Assembly: GCA_049512935.1 (NCBI GenBank)
Contig: JBEKWR010000003.1
Location: 111,025 to 175,024, forward strand
DNA: 64,000 nucleotides
Reading direction: 5' to 3'
Source of the DNA: Candidatus Bathyarchaeia archaeon
Lineage (GTDB): Archaea > Thermoproteota > Bathyarchaeia > Bathyarchaeales > Bathycorpusculaceae
Shown here: positions 10,480 through 20,338 of the stretch, one piece after another
Layout: each line of letters starts with the position of its first letter
How positions within the stretch are numbered: the stretch's first letter is position 1
Notes under the pieces: generated by a model
Told to the model about the DNA's origin: nothing
The model's database searches: none
The model's input: the letters and a program-made list of their open reading frames with translations, nothing else
Translations under genes and position numbers: made by a program

Positions 10480-11465
10480 GCAAAAGCAAGTTAAAAATAG
10501 CCTTTTACTGGGCTGCAAGCTGCGGCGGCTGCGAGATAGCCGTCTTAGACATAAACGAGAAAATCCTTGACGTAGTGCAAATAGCCGACGTGGTTTTCTG
10601 GCCAGTAGCCTTAGACATCAAGTACAAAGATGTTGAGGAGATGGCTGACAAGTACATTGACATAACATTCTTTAACGGTTCAATACGCAACAGCGAACAG
10701 GAACATATGGCTAAGCTGCTGAGGCAAAAATCCAAAACCTTGGTCGCCTTCGGCTCATGCGCCCACCAAGGAAGCGTACCTGGACTGGCAAACCTCAACG
10801 ACAAACAAGAGATCTTCGACCAAGTCTACATAAAAGATTTGTCAAACGTGAACCCGCAGGCGGTTGAGCCTCAGACTGTAACCCACGTTAAAGAAGGCAC
10901 ACTTAAAATCCCAGAGTTCTACGACACAGTAAAAACTTTGGCGCAGACAGTCGACGTAGACTATTACCTGCCAGGCTGCCCACCGCCGGTTAAACTGATC
11001 GCGGGCGCAATAGACGCCATAGCAAGCGGCACACTGCCGCCCAAAGGCTCAGTGCTCGCGCCCCTCAAAGCCGTGTGTGACGAGTGCCCAAGAAAACGAG
11101 AAAACAAGAAAATCGGCAAAATCTACCGCGTCTACGAGAAAACCCCAGAGCCAGAAAAGTGCCTGCTTGAACAAGGCATCCTCTGCATGGGACTTGCAAC
11201 CAGAAGCGGCTGCGGCGCCCAATGCTTAAACGTTGACATGCCCTGCACAGGCTGCGGCGGACCAGCCCCGAACGTGCCCGACCAGGGAGCGGCGATGATT
11301 TCCGCTTTGGCTTCGATTCTCGGTTACGACGGTGAACCGGGCAAAACCACGTACACCGAAAAAGAGGTTGAGGAACTGCTGAGCCAGGTGAAGGACACTG
11401 TTGGCACCTTCTACATGTACAGTTTACCAGCATCTATCCTGAAACGAAAGGTGATTAAAAAATGA
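10476..11465 (+). CDS. mvhG: F420-non-reducing hydrogenase small subunit
   Basis: ASCGGC, FGSCA, PGCPP, CLLEQG..CMG...CGAQC..PCTGC; ATGA overlap with hdrB. Confidence 0.9.
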   Translation: MSKSKLKIAFYWAASCGGCEIAVLDINEKILDVVQIADVVFWPVALDIKYKDVEEMADKYIDITFFNGSIRNSEQEHMAKLLRQKSKTLVAFGSCAHQGSVPGLANLNDKQEIFDQVYIKDLSNVNPQAVEPQTVTHVKEGTLKIPEFYDTVKTLAQTVDVDYYLPGCPPPVKLIAGAIDAIASGTLPPKGSVLAPLKAVCDECPRKRENKKIGKIYRVYEKTPEPEKCLLEQGILCMGLATRSGCGAQCLNVDMPCTGCGGPAPNVPDQGAAMISALASILGYDGEPGKTTYTEKEVEELLSQVKDTVGTFYMYSLPASILKRKVIKK

Positions 11466-12916
11466 AAGAAATAGTAATAGACCCGATCACGCGTCTTGAA
11501 GGACACGGAAACGTATCCATATTCCTAAACGACCAGGGCGAAGTAGAAAACGCCTACCTCAAAGTTCCTGAGCTGCGAGGATTCGAGAAGTTCTGCATCG
11601 GCAGAAAAGCCGAGCTTATGCCGCAGTTAACCACGAGAATCTGCGGTGTCTGCCCAGTGGCGCACCACTTCGCGGCAACAAAAGCCTTAGACGCGGCATT
11701 CAACGTTGAACCGCCCTCAGCTGCAAAGAAGCTTCGGGAGCTAATGTACAGCGCCTACTACATCTACGACCACACACTGCACTTCTACTACCTCGGCGGA
11801 CCAGACTTCATAGTTGGACCAGACGCGCCGCCGGAAAAACGCAACATCCTAGGCGTCATCGAAAAAGTCGGGATGCCAGTTGCGAAAGAAGTCATAAAGC
11901 ATCGGGCTTACGGGCAAAAAATGACCGAAATCATCGGCGGAAAAGCAACCCACCCCGTCTGCGGATTGCCAGGCGGAATCAGCAAGCCTCTTAGTGAAGA
12001 GAACAGGCAAGAAATTGAGAAAATGGCGACCTCATGCGTTAGCTTCGCCCAGTTTACCCTTGATATTTTCCACAAAATCGTTTTAGGCAACACCAAGTAC
12101 GTTGACCTGATCTTGAGCCAAGCCTACACCATGCCAACCTACTACATGGGCACAGTTGACGAGAACAACAAGGTCAACTTCTACGACGGCAAAATCCGCG
12201 TGGTCGACCCATCAGGCAAAGAATTCGTCAAGTTCGAAGCAAAAGACTACCTAAACCACATCGGCGAACACGTCGAGGAATGGACGTACAGCAAGTTCCC
12301 GTACCTCAAAGCCGTCGGCTGGAAAGGACAAGTTCCAGGCAAAGACAGCGGCATCTACCGTGTCGGTCCACTGGCGCGACTGAACGCTTCAGACGGAATG
12401 GCAACACCGTTGGCGCAGGCAGAATACGAGGTCATGTACAAGACACTTGGCGGCAAACCGGTCCACAGCACCTTGGCTTTCCATTGGGCACGCTTAATCG
12501 AGCTGCTCTACGCTACGGAAAGAACGATGGAGCTTGTTAAGGACCCAGAAATCACCAGCACAAACGTCCGCAACAAGCCAGGAGAACCAGGCGAAGGCGT
12601 GGGCATAACCGAGGCGGCACGCGGCACACTCATTCACCACTACGTCCTCGACAAGGACGCTCTCGTCAAAGACGTAAACCTCATCGTCGCCACAACCAAC
12701 AACTACCCAGCAATCTGCATGAGCATACGCGACGCAGCTAAAGGCTTAATCCACGGCGGCAAAGTCGACCAAGGCATACTTAACATGGTTGAGATGGCTT
12801 TCAGAGCCTACGACCCGTGCTTCGGATGCGCAACACACAACGCAATCGGGCAAATGCCACTGACCGTTGAAGTCTACAACGCCGACAAAAAGCTAATCAG
12901 CTCAGTAAGCCGATAA
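11462..12916 (+). CDS. mvhA: F420-non-reducing [NiFe]-hydrogenase large subunit (group 3c)
   Basis: IDPITRLEGH, RGFEKF, RICGVC (L1), RAYDPCFGCATH (L2). Confidence 0.93.
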   Translation: MKEIVIDPITRLEGHGNVSIFLNDQGEVENAYLKVPELRGFEKFCIGRKAELMPQLTTRICGVCPVAHHFAATKALDAAFNVEPPSAAKKLRELMYSAYYIYDHTLHFYYLGGPDFIVGPDAPPEKRNILGVIEKVGMPVAKEVIKHRAYGQKMTEIIGGKATHPVCGLPGGISKPLSEENRQEIEKMATSCVSFAQFTLDIFHKIVLGNTKYVDLILSQAYTMPTYYMGTVDENNKVNFYDGKIRVVDPSGKEFVKFEAKDYLNHIGEHVEEWTYSKFPYLKAVGWKGQVPGKDSGIYRVGPLARLNASDGMATPLAQAEYEVMYKTLGGKPVHSTLAFHWARLIELLYATERTMELVKDPEITSTNVRNKPGEPGEGVGITEAARGTLIHHYVLDKDALVKDVNLIVATTNNYPAICMSIRDAAKGLIHGGKVDQGILNMVEMAFRAYDPCFGCATHNAIGQMPLTVEVYNADKKLISSVSR

Positions 12917-13042
12917 ACCAGCCCTGCTTAAGGGCAACCCATTCATCCATTTTTTTGGATTCTCAACTATTTCTGAAGAATGCTAAGGCACTCAATATCA
13001 ACGAAAAAACGCAGGCTTTTTTTGATGCTGCTGGTTTTCGAG

Positions 13043-13297
13043 TTAAGTCGCTTTTTTGTTTTGTGCTTCAGCGTACCTGCCGATTTCGTACCCGCCGTAC
13101 ACACCTAGCAGCACGATTGCGGTTATACCCAAGAACAGTGGCGCTACTTGACTGGATTCTAAAATGGTTAACCCGTGACTCGTAACGCCTAAAGTGTAAC
13201 TGTAAAGGCTCAAGACCAAAACAAGAGCAAAAATCACGCATAGAAGTCCAACAAAGAAGTATTTGAACCTCGGCCTTCCAACTGATGTTACCACCAT
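13043..13297 (-). CDS. Small two-TM membrane protein
   Basis: Two hydrophobic segments, basic tail. Confidence 0.6.
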   Translation of the reverse strand: MVVTSVGRPRFKYFFVGLLCVIFALVLVLSLYSYTLGVTSHGLTILESSQVAPLFLGITAIVLLGVYGGYEIGRYAEAQNKKAT

Positions 13298-13404
13298 TCT
13301 CTTTACCCCTTTGTTACATTGTTGCGGTCACAATTTAAGCTCTTCCACTTAACAAGCCTTATATGCGCTTGCAATCGAATACAGCTTTACAGGCTGATTC
13401 AAAA

Positions 13405-13881
13405 ATGAAGAGTCTCGTTGTTTTCTACTCCCGAACAGGCAACGCCCGCTTCGTCGCCCAAACCATAGCGGCGCAAATCGGAGCGGACATTGAAGAAGTC
13501 ATCGACCAAAAAAAGCGGGGCGGCGTCATCGGCTTCCTAGGCGGCGGCTCCGACGCTAGACGCGGAAAAGAAACCGAAATAGGTCCCACCCAAAAATCAC
13601 CCGCTGACTACGACCTGATAATCGTTGGAACTCCCATTTGGGCTGGAAGACCATCTCCTGCCATCACCACTTACCTGCGGAAAAACGACCTTTCGGGAAA
13701 GAAGGTTGCCGTTTTCTTCGTGCAAGGCGGCAAAAACAAATCTCAGGGAGTAAAGCAAACCATGGCGTTAGTTCCCAACTCGAATTACTTGGGAGCGCTT
13801 TCGCTGGTTAATGCTTTGAAAGATAAAGAGGACTCGGAAAAACAAATCGAGCAATGGTGCAAAATCCTGACTGCAACTTAA
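13405..13881 (+). CDS. Flavodoxin family protein
   Basis: YSRTGNA FMN-binding loop; YDLIIVGTPIW. Confidence 0.88.
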   Translation: MKSLVVFYSRTGNARFVAQTIAAQIGADIEEVIDQKKRGGVIGFLGGGSDARRGKETEIGPTQKSPADYDLIIVGTPIWAGRPSPAITTYLRKNDLSGKKVAVFFVQGGKNKSQGVKQTMALVPNSNYLGALSLVNALKDKEDSEKQIEQWCKILTAT

Positions 13882-13976
13882 GCGGCTGCGAATCCCCGTT
13901 GCCAGCGTGAAACCCGAATGTTTTAGGGTAAACCCTTATGTGCCGTCACAGCCCTATGTTTTGAACGTTGATTCCG

Positions 13977-14333
13977 ATGCAGCCGCAACCGCCTAACCCT
14001 GAACACAAGAGAATGAAGCGTGAGAAGAAAACCATAGGCTACATGGTTGACATCTACTGCAGAAACCACCATGGCACCCACGGCGACCTCTGCGCTGAAT
14101 GCAAAGAGTTCAAGGAGTACGCGTTTTTGCGGCTGGACAAGTGCCCCTTTCAAGACAAGAAAAGCACCTGCGGCAAATGCCTCATCCACTGCTACCGCCC
14201 AGACATGAAACAGAAAGTCAAAACCGTCATGCGCTACTCAGGACCAAGAATGCTTCTGTACCACCCAACCTTGGCGCTACACCACGCATGGGACAGCCAC
14301 CGAAAACCGCCCAAAATCGCAAAAAAAGTGTAA
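13977..14333 (+). CDS. YgbA / nitrous oxide-stimulated promoter family protein
   Basis: REKKTI..MV.IYC..HH...LCAEC...YA..RL.KCP...K.TC..C.IHCY...MRYSGPRML. Confidence 0.85.
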   Translation: MQPQPPNPEHKRMKREKKTIGYMVDIYCRNHHGTHGDLCAECKEFKEYAFLRLDKCPFQDKKSTCGKCLIHCYRPDMKQKVKTVMRYSGPRMLLYHPTLALHHAWDSHRKPPKIAKKV

Positions 14334-14364
14334 ACGGACTTGGCGTCAGCAACTATCACTTTAT

Positions 14365-14583
14365 TCATCGAAGTTCTTCTTCCAGCTCCTCTTCAGTAAT
14401 GTTAGTGAATGACGCATTGTGTTTTCCAAGTTCATAATTAAAGTCGATCAGAGTCAACCCTGCCAGTTTAGCCGCCTGACCAATCGAAATCTTTCGTTCT
14501 TTGTAGAGCATTATAGCTAAGTAAAGTTTGAGTTCCTTCTCGCCGACATCACCTATTAAGGCTTTAGGAAGCTTGAGCTCCAA
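14365..14583 (-). CDS. UPF0175-family small HTH protein (orphan antitoxin-like)
   Basis: LAIMLYKERKISIGQAAKLAGL and acidic tail. Confidence 0.75.
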   Translation of the reverse strand: MELKLPKALIGDVGEKELKLYLAIMLYKERKISIGQAAKLAGLTLIDFNYELGKHNASFTNITEEELEEELR

Positions 14584-14696
14584 AGAAATCCACCTACTTT
14601 TTCAACGCTTCAACTTGTTAAAATACCTTGTTAAAATTTGCGGAAACAGATTTCTGGTGGTAAGCTTTTCAAGTCTCAAAGCATATTTTCTTTTCC

Positions 14697-15191
14697 ATGG
14701 TTCGAATGACTGAATCGATTAAGACTGAGCTGAAGAATTGGTTTGCTGACGCAAAAAGAACAGTTGTGGCGGGGATCGGCAACCCTATCCGAACGGATGA
14801 TTACGTCGGCTTAAGAATCGTTGAAGACCTCAAAGAAAAGCTGCCCGCGCGTGTTCTTCTGCTTGAGGCTGAGACGGTTCCCGAAAGCTACCTCTCCGAC
14901 ATAGAGGATTTCCAGCCGTCGCACGTGCTGTTGATCGACGCCGCCTTTTTGGGGTTAAACCCGGGCGACGCCTGCCTTTTGGACGCGGAGAAAATCGATG
15001 TTTCCTCGGCGGTTACGACGCACCTTTTGCCTCTTCGGGTCTTCTGCGAGTACGTTAAGCAGGCGACTGGCGCGAAAATCGGTTTGCTGCTGATCGAGCC
15101 GAAGAGCATGGAGTTCGGCGAGGGCTTAACCGCGCAAGTTAAAGCCTCGGCAGACCGCCTTGTGAAATTGCTGCTTGACTTGCTTTCTTAG
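14697..15191 (+). CDS. hycI: Hydrogenase maturation endopeptidase (HycI-like)
   Basis: GIGNPIRTDDYVG, ETVPE, LIDAA, TTHLLPL. Confidence 0.88.
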   Translation: MVRMTESIKTELKNWFADAKRTVVAGIGNPIRTDDYVGLRIVEDLKEKLPARVLLLEAETVPESYLSDIEDFQPSHVLLIDAAFLGLNPGDACLLDAEKIDVSSAVTTHLLPLRVFCEYVKQATGAKIGLLLIEPKSMEFGEGLTAQVKASADRLVKLLLDLLS

Positions 15192-15347
15192 GCTTCTTTT
15201 CTTTTGAAAACGTAGTCGATGGTGAACCTGACCGAGCCGAGCGAGCAGTTTGCAAGGTGGTAATAAAGAGATGTGGTTGCTTCTGTGCTACAACTTCCGA
15301 GTTACGTTAATTAGCCAGTTTCAAGTTAGCATCTTTTGGGAAGCGTT

Positions 15348-15827
15348 ATGGCTGGAAAAGCGGTTATTGTTATGGGTTCAGAGCGGGATCTGGATTTTTC
15401 CCGTGGAATCGCCAAGTACCTTAAGATTTTGGGCGTGGATTACGAGTTTCGGGTTGCCTCTGCGCATAAGACGCCTGAGAAGGTGCTTGAGTTGATCAGG
15501 GAGTTCGAGGCTGAGAAGGTGGTTTACGTCACGGTTGCGGGTCGCTCGAACGCTCTTAGCGCCTTTATCGATGGGAACTCGTCGAAACCCGTGATCGCTT
15601 GTCCCCCGTACTCTGAAACTTTCGGCGGAGCTGACATTTTCTCTTCGCTCAGAGTGCCAAGCGGCATAGGCTCCTTGGTGACAATCGAACCTGAAGGCGC
15701 AGCGATTGCCGCAGCCAAAATGCTTGCCTTAGAAGACGCCGCCGTAGCTGACAGCGTCAGGAACTATCAGGCTTCAAAGAAGGCTGAGCTTGAAAAAGCC
15801 AACGAGTCAGTTAAGAAACTAAAGTAA
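15348..15827 (+). CDS. purE: AIR carboxylase / N5-CAIR mutase
   Basis: MGSERD, VASAHKTP, AGRSNAL, VIACPP. Confidence 0.92.
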   Translation: MAGKAVIVMGSERDLDFSRGIAKYLKILGVDYEFRVASAHKTPEKVLELIREFEAEKVVYVTVAGRSNALSAFIDGNSSKPVIACPPYSETFGGADIFSSLRVPSGIGSLVTIEPEGAAIAAAKMLALEDAAVADSVRNYQASKKAELEKANESVKKLK

Positions 15828-15917
15828 CAGCTGTTTGAGCCTGCAATTCTTATATAAAGCGGTATAAGCTAAAATAGAATATTCTGCTAAGAGCAAGGTA
15901 ACTTGGGGATAAAGGCT

Positions 15918-16970
15918 ATGGGTAGCGTGAAAGACCTCGAAGTAATCAAGACACCAACAGCTGAAGCCATGGGCATCGGCAGGTTCCACTTTTCAGACCG
16001 TTACAGCGTTTTCGACTGGGGAGAAATGCCTGACCACATCGGAGCCAAAGGAGCCGCTCTCTGCCTCATGGGGGCATACTGCTTTGAGCAGCTTGAGCGG
16101 AAAGGCGTTAAGACGCACTATCGGGGTTTGGTCGACACAAACGGAAGGGCGGTTAAGATCAAAGAAGTGAATCAACCCACCAGCATCATGGAAGTCTGCT
16201 TGATTAACGTTTACAAACCGAAGATAACTGTGGAAGACGGCAAACTCGTGCATGACTACGCCGCGTATACGCCGCAACTGAAGAACTGCCTGATTCCGCT
16301 GGAAATCATCTACCGAAACGGCTTGCCCGAAGGCTCATCAGTTTTCAAGCGGCTTCAAGAGGGGAAAATAAGTCTTAAAGATTTAGGATTAGACCATTAC
16401 CCCGTGCCAGGCGAGCAGTTGGCGAAGCCGATTTTCGACGTCAGCACAAAACTGGAGGAAACTGACCGCTACGTTACTTGGCAAGAAGCGCAGAAAATCG
16501 CTGGTTTAACCGATCAGGAACTTGGCAAGATCAAGGATTTGCTGCTCAAGGCAGATGAAACAATCAACGAGATGGCTTCGAAGGCTGGGCTGCGAAATGA
16601 AGATGGAAAAATCGAGTTGGCTTTCGATGATAAGAGGGAGCTCATGGTTGTTGACGTTGTCGGAACGCTTGACGAGTGCAGGTTCACCTATGGAGGCATG
16701 CACGTAAGCAAGGAAATTGCGAGGCAATTCTACAAGAAGACAAGCTGGTACGCCGATTTGGAGCAGGCCAAGAAAGAGGGCGAAGCCAGAGGCATAGAGG
16801 ACTGGAAGTCTCTCTGTAAGTCGCAGCCGCCGAAACTGGACCCTAAGCTTAAAACTATTATAAGCGAAATGTACATGGCTGCGGCGAACGAGATGACGGG
16901 GTACAAGTTGTTTAATGCGCCTTTGCTCTCGCAGGTTATAGCCGATTATAAATGTTACATGAAGGAATAA
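15918..16970 (+). CDS. purC: SAICAR synthetase (archaeal long form)
   Basis: MGSVKD, FSDRYSVFDWG, DGKIE, VDVVGTLDECR. Confidence 0.92.
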   Translation: MGSVKDLEVIKTPTAEAMGIGRFHFSDRYSVFDWGEMPDHIGAKGAALCLMGAYCFEQLERKGVKTHYRGLVDTNGRAVKIKEVNQPTSIMEVCLINVYKPKITVEDGKLVHDYAAYTPQLKNCLIPLEIIYRNGLPEGSSVFKRLQEGKISLKDLGLDHYPVPGEQLAKPIFDVSTKLEETDRYVTWQEAQKIAGLTDQELGKIKDLLLKADETINEMASKAGLRNEDGKIELAFDDKRELMVVDVVGTLDECRFTYGGMHVSKEIARQFYKKTSWYADLEQAKKEGEARGIEDWKSLCKSQPPKLDPKLKTIISEMYMAAANEMTGYKLFNAPLLSQVIADYKCYMKE

Positions 16971-16974
16971 AGAG

Positions 16975-18069
16975 ATGGAGAACAGCATCAAGCAAGTGAT
17001 AGAAAAGTATGATCCCAAGCAGGTTCGCATCGGCGTTTTGGGATCCCACTCGGCGCTTGAAATTGCTTCAGGCGCGAAGCAAGAAGGCTTCGAAACCGTG
17101 GTCGTTTGCCAGAGGGGAAGAGACAAGACCTACACGAAGTACTACCGAAACATCTTCGACCACGTCATCATGCTTGACAAGTTCTCAGAAATAACCAGCG
17201 CGGCATCCGTGAAAGCTCTCACCGACTTGAACACGGTTTTTGTTCCCAACCGCTCATTCTCAGTGTACGCGGGCTACGAGGCTATAGAAAACCAGTTCGC
17301 CGTACCCCTAATGGGTAACCGCTCGATGCTGCGAACTGAAGAGCGCAACACCCCCCGAAACCAGCTCTACCTGCTACAGAAGGCAGGGATAGCGACGCCG
17401 AAAACCTTCAAGGGGCCAAGCGAAATCGACCGCCTCACAATTGTAAAAGTGCCTGAAAAGCAGCGGGCAATCGAAAGAGCCTTCTTCTACGCCTCTTCCC
17501 CAGAAGAGTACGAGAAAACAGCGCAGAAACGCATAAAACAGGGTATCATCACCGTGGAAGCGCTGAAAAACTCGGTAATAGAAGAATACGTTATCGGCGC
17601 CAAATTCAACGCTAACCTTTTCTGGTCGCCCTTAACCGACGAAATCGACCTACTAGGCTTTGACAGGCGAATTCAAACGGACCTTGACGGCGTCTTGGAC
17701 TTGCCAGCACAGGAGCAACTGGAACTGAACGTTCCCACCCAGAACATCGAGATCGGGCACATGGGCGCAACCATGCGGGAAAGCCAGATCGAGAAGGTTT
17801 TCGAGGCGGCGGAAAAATTCGTTGGCACCTGCAAGAAAGAGTACCCGCCGGGCATGGTCGGCTTGTTCGCGTTGCAGGGTGCGGTAACGAAGGATTTGGA
17901 GTTCTATGTTTTCGACGTTAGCCCGCGGGTTCCAGGCTGCCCATGCGTCGAGCCTACTTCGCCTTACATGAAGTACAAGTACGGCATGGAAGTTGGCCCG
18001 GGCAGGCGCGTGGCGACGGAAGTTAAGCGCGCGGTTAAGGAAGGCAGACTTGCGGAAGTGGTAACGTGA
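16975..18069 (+). CDS. purP: PurP-family ATP-grasp ligase (DUF1246/DUF1297), paralogue 1
   Basis: IGVLGSHSALE, VPNRSF, IEEY, FALQG, DVSPRVPG. Confidence 0.85.
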   Translation: MENSIKQVIEKYDPKQVRIGVLGSHSALEIASGAKQEGFETVVVCQRGRDKTYTKYYRNIFDHVIMLDKFSEITSAASVKALTDLNTVFVPNRSFSVYAGYEAIENQFAVPLMGNRSMLRTEERNTPRNQLYLLQKAGIATPKTFKGPSEIDRLTIVKVPEKQRAIERAFFYASSPEEYEKTAQKRIKQGIITVEALKNSVIEEYVIGAKFNANLFWSPLTDEIDLLGFDRRIQTDLDGVLDLPAQEQLELNVPTQNIEIGHMGATMRESQIEKVFEAAEKFVGTCKKEYPPGMVGLFALQGAVTKDLEFYVFDVSPRVPGCPCVEPTSPYMKYKYGMEVGPGRRVATEVKRAVKEGRLAEVVT

Positions 18070-19151
18070 TAACCAGCGCCGACATCGCCAAAATCCTCGA
18101 CAAGTACGATCAGAAAAAGCTGGCCATAGGCACGTTGGGTTCTCATAGTTCACTTAACATTTTCAAGGGCGCCAAAGAGGAAGGGTTCCGCACGGTTTGC
18201 GTATGCAAAGAAAAAGACGCGATAATGTACAAGAAGTACCCGCTCGTTGACGACTTAATCATCGTGAAAGACTTCACGGAACTCTTAAGCGAGCAAATAC
18301 AGGAGAAACTCCGCGGGCTGAACGTCATTTTGATTCCCCACGGCTCCTTCACCGCCTACCTCAGCACCGAAGAATTAACCAGCAGCCTCATGGTGCCCAT
18401 GTTCGGCAACCGCCAGCTCCTCCACTGGGAAGCCAACCGCAAATCCCAGGAAGAGTGGCTGCGGCAGGCAGGGCTGCGTTTGCCAGCCACGTTCAAAACG
18501 CCCGAGGACATCGACCGCTTAGTCATCGCCAAGCTGCCAGGCGCCAAAGGCGGAAGAGGATACTTTTTGGCGAATTCGCCTAAAGCCTTCCACAAGAAAT
18601 TCAGCGAACTCGTGAAGCGCGGCTTGCTCAGAGAAGATGATTTAGCCGCTATTCACTTGCAGGAGTACGCGTTGGGCGTTAACGTTTACCCCAGCTACTT
18701 CAGCTCCATCCTAAACGACGAGGTTGAACTGCTAGCCATGGACAGGCGTTACGAGTCAGCGGTGGACTCCATCGGCAAAATCCCCGCGAGCGAACAGCTG
18801 GAGATTGACATTAACCCAACCTACACCATCGTGGGCAACTTCCCAATCGTGCTCCGCGAATCGCTGCTGCCCGAAATCATGCGCATGGGCGACAACGTGC
18901 ACAAAAAAGCCAAAGAGCTGGCGCCGCCAGGAATCATCGGACCCTTCTGCCTAGAAACTGTGATAACCGACGACCTCAAAATCTTCACGTTCGAAATCTC
19001 CGCGCGCATCGTTGCGGGAACCAACGTCGGCATCGGCACTTCACCCTACGCTTACCTGAAGTACGGCGAGAACATGTACATGGGAAGACGCATCGCCAAG
19101 GAAATAAAGGAAGCAAGAGAAACTAAAAGACTACTGGAGATTCTAGCATAA
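18066..19151 (+). CDS. purP: Formate-dependent AICAR formyltransferase PurP, paralogue 2
   Basis: GSHSSL, IPHGSF, GAKGGRGYF, DRRYES, GPFCLE, FEISARIVAGTN. Confidence 0.9.
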   Translation: MITSADIAKILDKYDQKKLAIGTLGSHSSLNIFKGAKEEGFRTVCVCKEKDAIMYKKYPLVDDLIIVKDFTELLSEQIQEKLRGLNVILIPHGSFTAYLSTEELTSSLMVPMFGNRQLLHWEANRKSQEEWLRQAGLRLPATFKTPEDIDRLVIAKLPGAKGGRGYFLANSPKAFHKKFSELVKRGLLREDDLAAIHLQEYALGVNVYPSYFSSILNDEVELLAMDRRYESAVDSIGKIPASEQLEIDINPTYTIVGNFPIVLRESLLPEIMRMGDNVHKKAKELAPPGIIGPFCLETVITDDLKIFTFEISARIVAGTNVGIGTSPYAYLKYGENMYMGRRIAKEIKEARETKRLLEILA

Positions 19152-19152
19152 G

Positions 19153-19935
19153 CTAAGCAAGGCAAACCTTAAGCAACCCTTCAAAGTTGCCTCTGGTTTT
19201 GTTAATCTTGTAAGCCCGCAACGTGCCAATCAATTCCAACATATTCTTTTCGCCTAAAATTTGAGCCAGAATTTGTGCTGCAGTGCTTTTGCCGCCAAAA
19301 AGATACTGGCAAACCGCGGTGACATTTGCTACCCTTCGTTCGACGCTGGCGGTTTCAAAATCAACGATAAACGGCTTCTCAGCCTTGTCCAGCAGCACAT
19401 GCTTGGGTGCTTTGCTGAGTTCGCCATGGTCCAAGCCTGCTTGGTCCAGTCTGAAACATTGCTCTAAGATTTCCCTTAGAACCGCCTTGACGACGGTGGG
19501 GTCTTTGTGTGTTTCCAACCAGTTGGGAAGCAACTCTCCGTCAATCAGCTGCATCACAAGGAAGTTTTTGCTTGCCGAAATCAGCTTGGGCGCCACGTTA
19601 ACAGAGTTTGCCACCGACAACATTCGAGCTTCATGAAGCAGGTCGGCTCGGTCCGCGTCTACCCTTCGGATTTTGACCGCCACTCTCTCCCCGTTGAGAT
19701 GCACTATTACCACGATTCCGACGAAGCCCTTGCCCAAAACTGGAACCTTGACGCCGAAGAGGCTGGCTGACCCCGAGAACTCAAGAGCCGTGACGCCGTG
19801 GCTGCGCAGTTCTTGGATGCGGCTTTGCACTTCGGCTTCGCTGGGTTTTGGGAAGCACAGAACCGAAGCGTAAGGCTCTTGGATTAGTTGGTCAACTGGT
19901 ACGATTATGGGTTCTTTCACAGTTGGTTCCTTCAC
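19153..19935 (-). CDS. Archaeal Ser/Thr protein kinase (RIO-like fold)
   Basis: LGKGFVG, VAVKIRR, DHGELS, IVDFETAS. Confidence 0.85.
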   Translation of the reverse strand: MKEPTVKEPIIVPVDQLIQEPYASVLCFPKPSEAEVQSRIQELRSHGVTALEFSGSASLFGVKVPVLGKGFVGIVVIVHLNGERVAVKIRRVDADRADLLHEARMLSVANSVNVAPKLISASKNFLVMQLIDGELLPNWLETHKDPTVVKAVLREILEQCFRLDQAGLDHGELSKAPKHVLLDKAEKPFIVDFETASVERRVANVTAVCQYLFGGKSTAAQILAQILGEKNMLELIGTLRAYKINKTRGNFEGLLKVCLA

Positions 19936-20079
19936 GAACGGGAATTAGTAGGGTAGGGGTGATTATAAATTTAGTATCGCAAGAGGAAGAAGAATCCATT
20001 GAAAACGCTGGTATTTCCACCATTTTTTCTTGATTATGTCATGCGAACGCACTTAAGCGGCGAAGCCTGTTTGACAGGA

Positions 20080-20277
20080 ATGGAACCTAATCAACAGAGG
20101 AGCCAAATCAAGTCGGGCATCCGCGTAAAAATCGTTTTGAAGCAGGACCAGCGGAGCGGCAAATTAACCGAAGGCGTTGTCAAAGATATCCTCACCAACA
20201 GCCCGACTCACCCTCACGGAATCAAGGTGCGGCTTACAGACGGCAAAGTCGGCAGAGTACAAACAATAATAAAATAG
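20080..20277 (+). CDS. YwbE family protein
   Basis: IVLKQDQRSGKLTEGVVKDILTNSPTHPHGIKVRL. Confidence 0.88.
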   Translation: MEPNQQRSQIKSGIRVKIVLKQDQRSGKLTEGVVKDILTNSPTHPHGIKVRLTDGKVGRVQTIIK

Positions 20278-20338
20278 TGACCAGCCTGAAGAATTATAAA
20301 TTTAATAGGGCGACAACATAATTGAGATTCTGTTTGGT

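Noticed and set aside
13312-13340. GTCACA followed by atttaag, resembling motif B
   Set aside because: The left arm does not match and the spacing to the TATA-like element is wrong
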